Shown: positions 57,120-58,372 of the stretch, piece after piece
How the letters are laid out: each line of letters starts with the position of its first letter
How positions within the stretch are numbered: the stretch's first letter is position 1
Source: Candidatus Micrarchaeota archaeon
GTDB taxonomy: Archaea; Micrarchaeota; Micrarchaeia; Micrarchaeales; Micrarchaeaceae
Direction of reading: 5' to 3'
DNA length: 58,372 nucleotides
Assembly (NCBI GenBank): GCA_021806095.1
Contig: JAJZYD010000001.1
Coordinates: forward strand, 1-58,372
Made by a program: the position numbers and the translations under genes
Notes under the pieces: model-generated
The model's database searches: none
What the model was told of the DNA's origin: nothing
The model's input: only the letters and a program-made list of their open reading frames with translations

Positions 57120-57836
57120 ATGTCAAACGGATTAATTTTGATAACCGGGGGAAGCAGAGGAATTGGAAAAGGAATAGCAGAGGAATTAGCTTCAGCGGGT
57201 TACGATATTATCTTGCTTGCCAAGAGTAAGAACAATTTGAAGAAGACAAAGGATCAGATTCTGACTAAACATAAAGTAAAAATCGACACAATAAGTTGTG
57301 ATTTATCCGACAGTCGTGAAATAGAAAAGGCATTTAATTATTGCAAACGACAAGGTTACAAATTTATGTCTATCGTACATTCTGCAGGGATTTTCATAGA
57401 GGGTTGCAATCTTAGCTCGAGTATAGATGTCTACGATGCTATGATGAATGTAAACCTTAGAGCAGTATATTACTTTACTAAACTTTTCAGACCATTACTA
57501 GATACTTCAAAGAAGTGCACTATTGTGATTATAGGGTCCACTGCAGGTCTGGAGCCGTACACGATAGGATCTATATATGGAATTGCTAAGTGGGGACTAA
57601 AAGGGTATGCAATTAATTTACGTCAGGAACTATTGAAAGATGGTATCGGGGTAGTTCTTGTAAATCCTGGTTCAACAATCACCGACTTATGGGAAGGAAC
57701 TGCACATCCCGCATCAAGATTTGTGCAGCCAAAGGACATAGGCATAATGGTAAGAGCGTGTCTATCTTTATCTGCTGGTGTAGTTGTGGATGAAGTTACA
57801 GTTAGACCTCTCCTAGGAGATATTCATGACGAATAA
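57120..57836 (+). CDS. Short-chain dehydrogenase/reductase (classical SDR)
   Basis: TGGSRGIGKGIA (TGxxxGxG), a NVNL-type NNAG variant, catalytic Y-x3-K (YGIAKWG) and GSTAG. GGTGA SD. Visibly higher G+C and different codon choices (CGG, GGG, CGT) than the rest of the window. Confidence 0.88.
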   Translation: MSNGLILITGGSRGIGKGIAEELASAGYDIILLAKSKNNLKKTKDQILTKHKVKIDTISCDLSDSREIEKAFNYCKRQGYKFMSIVHSAGIFIEGCNLSSSIDVYDAMMNVNLRAVYYFTKLFRPLLDTSKKCTIVIIGSTAGLEPYTIGSIYGIAKWGLKGYAINLRQELLKDGIGVVLVNPGSTITDLWEGTAHPASRFVQPKDIGIMVRACLSLSAGVVVDEVTVRPLLGDIHDE

Positions 57837-57940
57837 ATTGGTGGAGGAGTATTAATGGACACGATTACTCTGGTTTTACTCATATTGGCTGTTCTTGGAG
57901 CGATGGGAGCCTTCCTCTGATATTGGGTGCGATCAAAGAT

Positions 57941-58141
57941 TTACGGTACTCTGGAACTAGTATATCTGGAACCTGGCAAGTTGAGTGGGGTTATTATAAT
58001 ATTATAAAGGATGTTTTCAGCAATTTTAGTGGCAACATCTTTGCACTTCTTCTTTATCACCTTTGCTATTCCGGGGCAATGATGACCTTTGTCAAAGAAT
58101 AAATTTAGCAAATGTTTGTTGTTGGTAAAGGATAGTTTCAA
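57941..58141 (-). CDS. Hypothetical small protein (66 aa)
   Basis: ORF only. Lies in the compositionally distinct right-end region. No recognisable motif beyond an HHCPG...KKKC pair. Confidence 0.2.
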   Translation of the reverse strand: MKLSFTNNKHLLNLFFDKGHHCPGIAKVIKKKCKDVATKIAENILYNIIITPLNLPGSRYTSSRVP

Positions 58142-58372
58142 AAGATTAATTAATAAATTTTAAATGAGAATACAAGAAATGCTAAGATATCATATTTAAT
58201 TTAGTTCTATAACAAAATGCTTTTCTTAAAAGAAGGATAAAAGCAAACTGAGGACTTATTTAATGCAACTTTCTATTGATAAAAAGGTATTTATATTTAA
58301 AATTCTAAATAATCTTAATTTTAATAATGCATTATATTTATATCAAAGTGGAAAGATGTTGAGAGAGAAATA

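Noticed and set aside
57855-57920. 21-aa hydrophobic mini-ORF (MDTITLVLLILAVLGAMGAFL) after the SDR gene
   Set aside because: It could be a small membrane peptide, since GGAGG lies upstream at 57843-57847. It is too short and unsupported to call as a feature, so it is mentioned only in the compositional-break finding.
58356-58372. Possible gene start (AGTGGA SD then ATG TTG AGA GAG AAA) at the right edge
   Set aside because: Only 5 codons are visible before the window ends, so it cannot be evaluated.

Overview
This is a gene-dense, visibly AT-rich archaeal chromosome segment (GC not computed). The gene content is archaeal: aIF6, PCNA, RFC, RadA, TBP, EndA, diphthamide genes, the e-type ribosomal proteins S19e/L39e/L31e/L10e/LX/S8e/L15e, and a class III signal-peptide pilin. 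Scattered ribosomal-protein genes, a three-unit splicing endonuclease and many Asn-rich surface proteins suggest a small-genome, DPANN/ARMAN-like lineage; this is inference only. I call about 65 CDS and two tandem tRNAs, tRNA-Asp(GUC) and an intron-containing tRNA-Tyr(GUA). There are no rRNA genes, CRISPR arrays or recognisable transposases. Many starts follow a GGTG/AGTGG Shine-Dalgarno-like motif. The strongest candidate for an undescribed system is a two-gene cassette on the minus strand at 41310-43275. It has a 56-aa Cys/Asp-rich peptide gene that is too short for the supplied ORF track, with Cys every fifth residue and three CX3D spacings. That gene sits 25 nt upstream of a radical SAM enzyme with a complete SPASM domain fused to a C-terminal GNAT acetyltransferase. 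I read this as a minimal RiPP-like peptide-maturation module. Other notable items are a stand-alone single-repeat (half-size) TBP, a three-unit tRNA splicing endonuclease in the same window as an intron-bearing tRNA-Tyr, and an orphan NuoH-like subunit. There is also a protein ending in a ribosomal-stalk-like GFGSIFG tail, a FlaI-like ATPase paired with a presenilin/SPP-type protease instead of a FlaJ platform protein, a toxin-first AbiE module, and a run of hairpins after ftsY.
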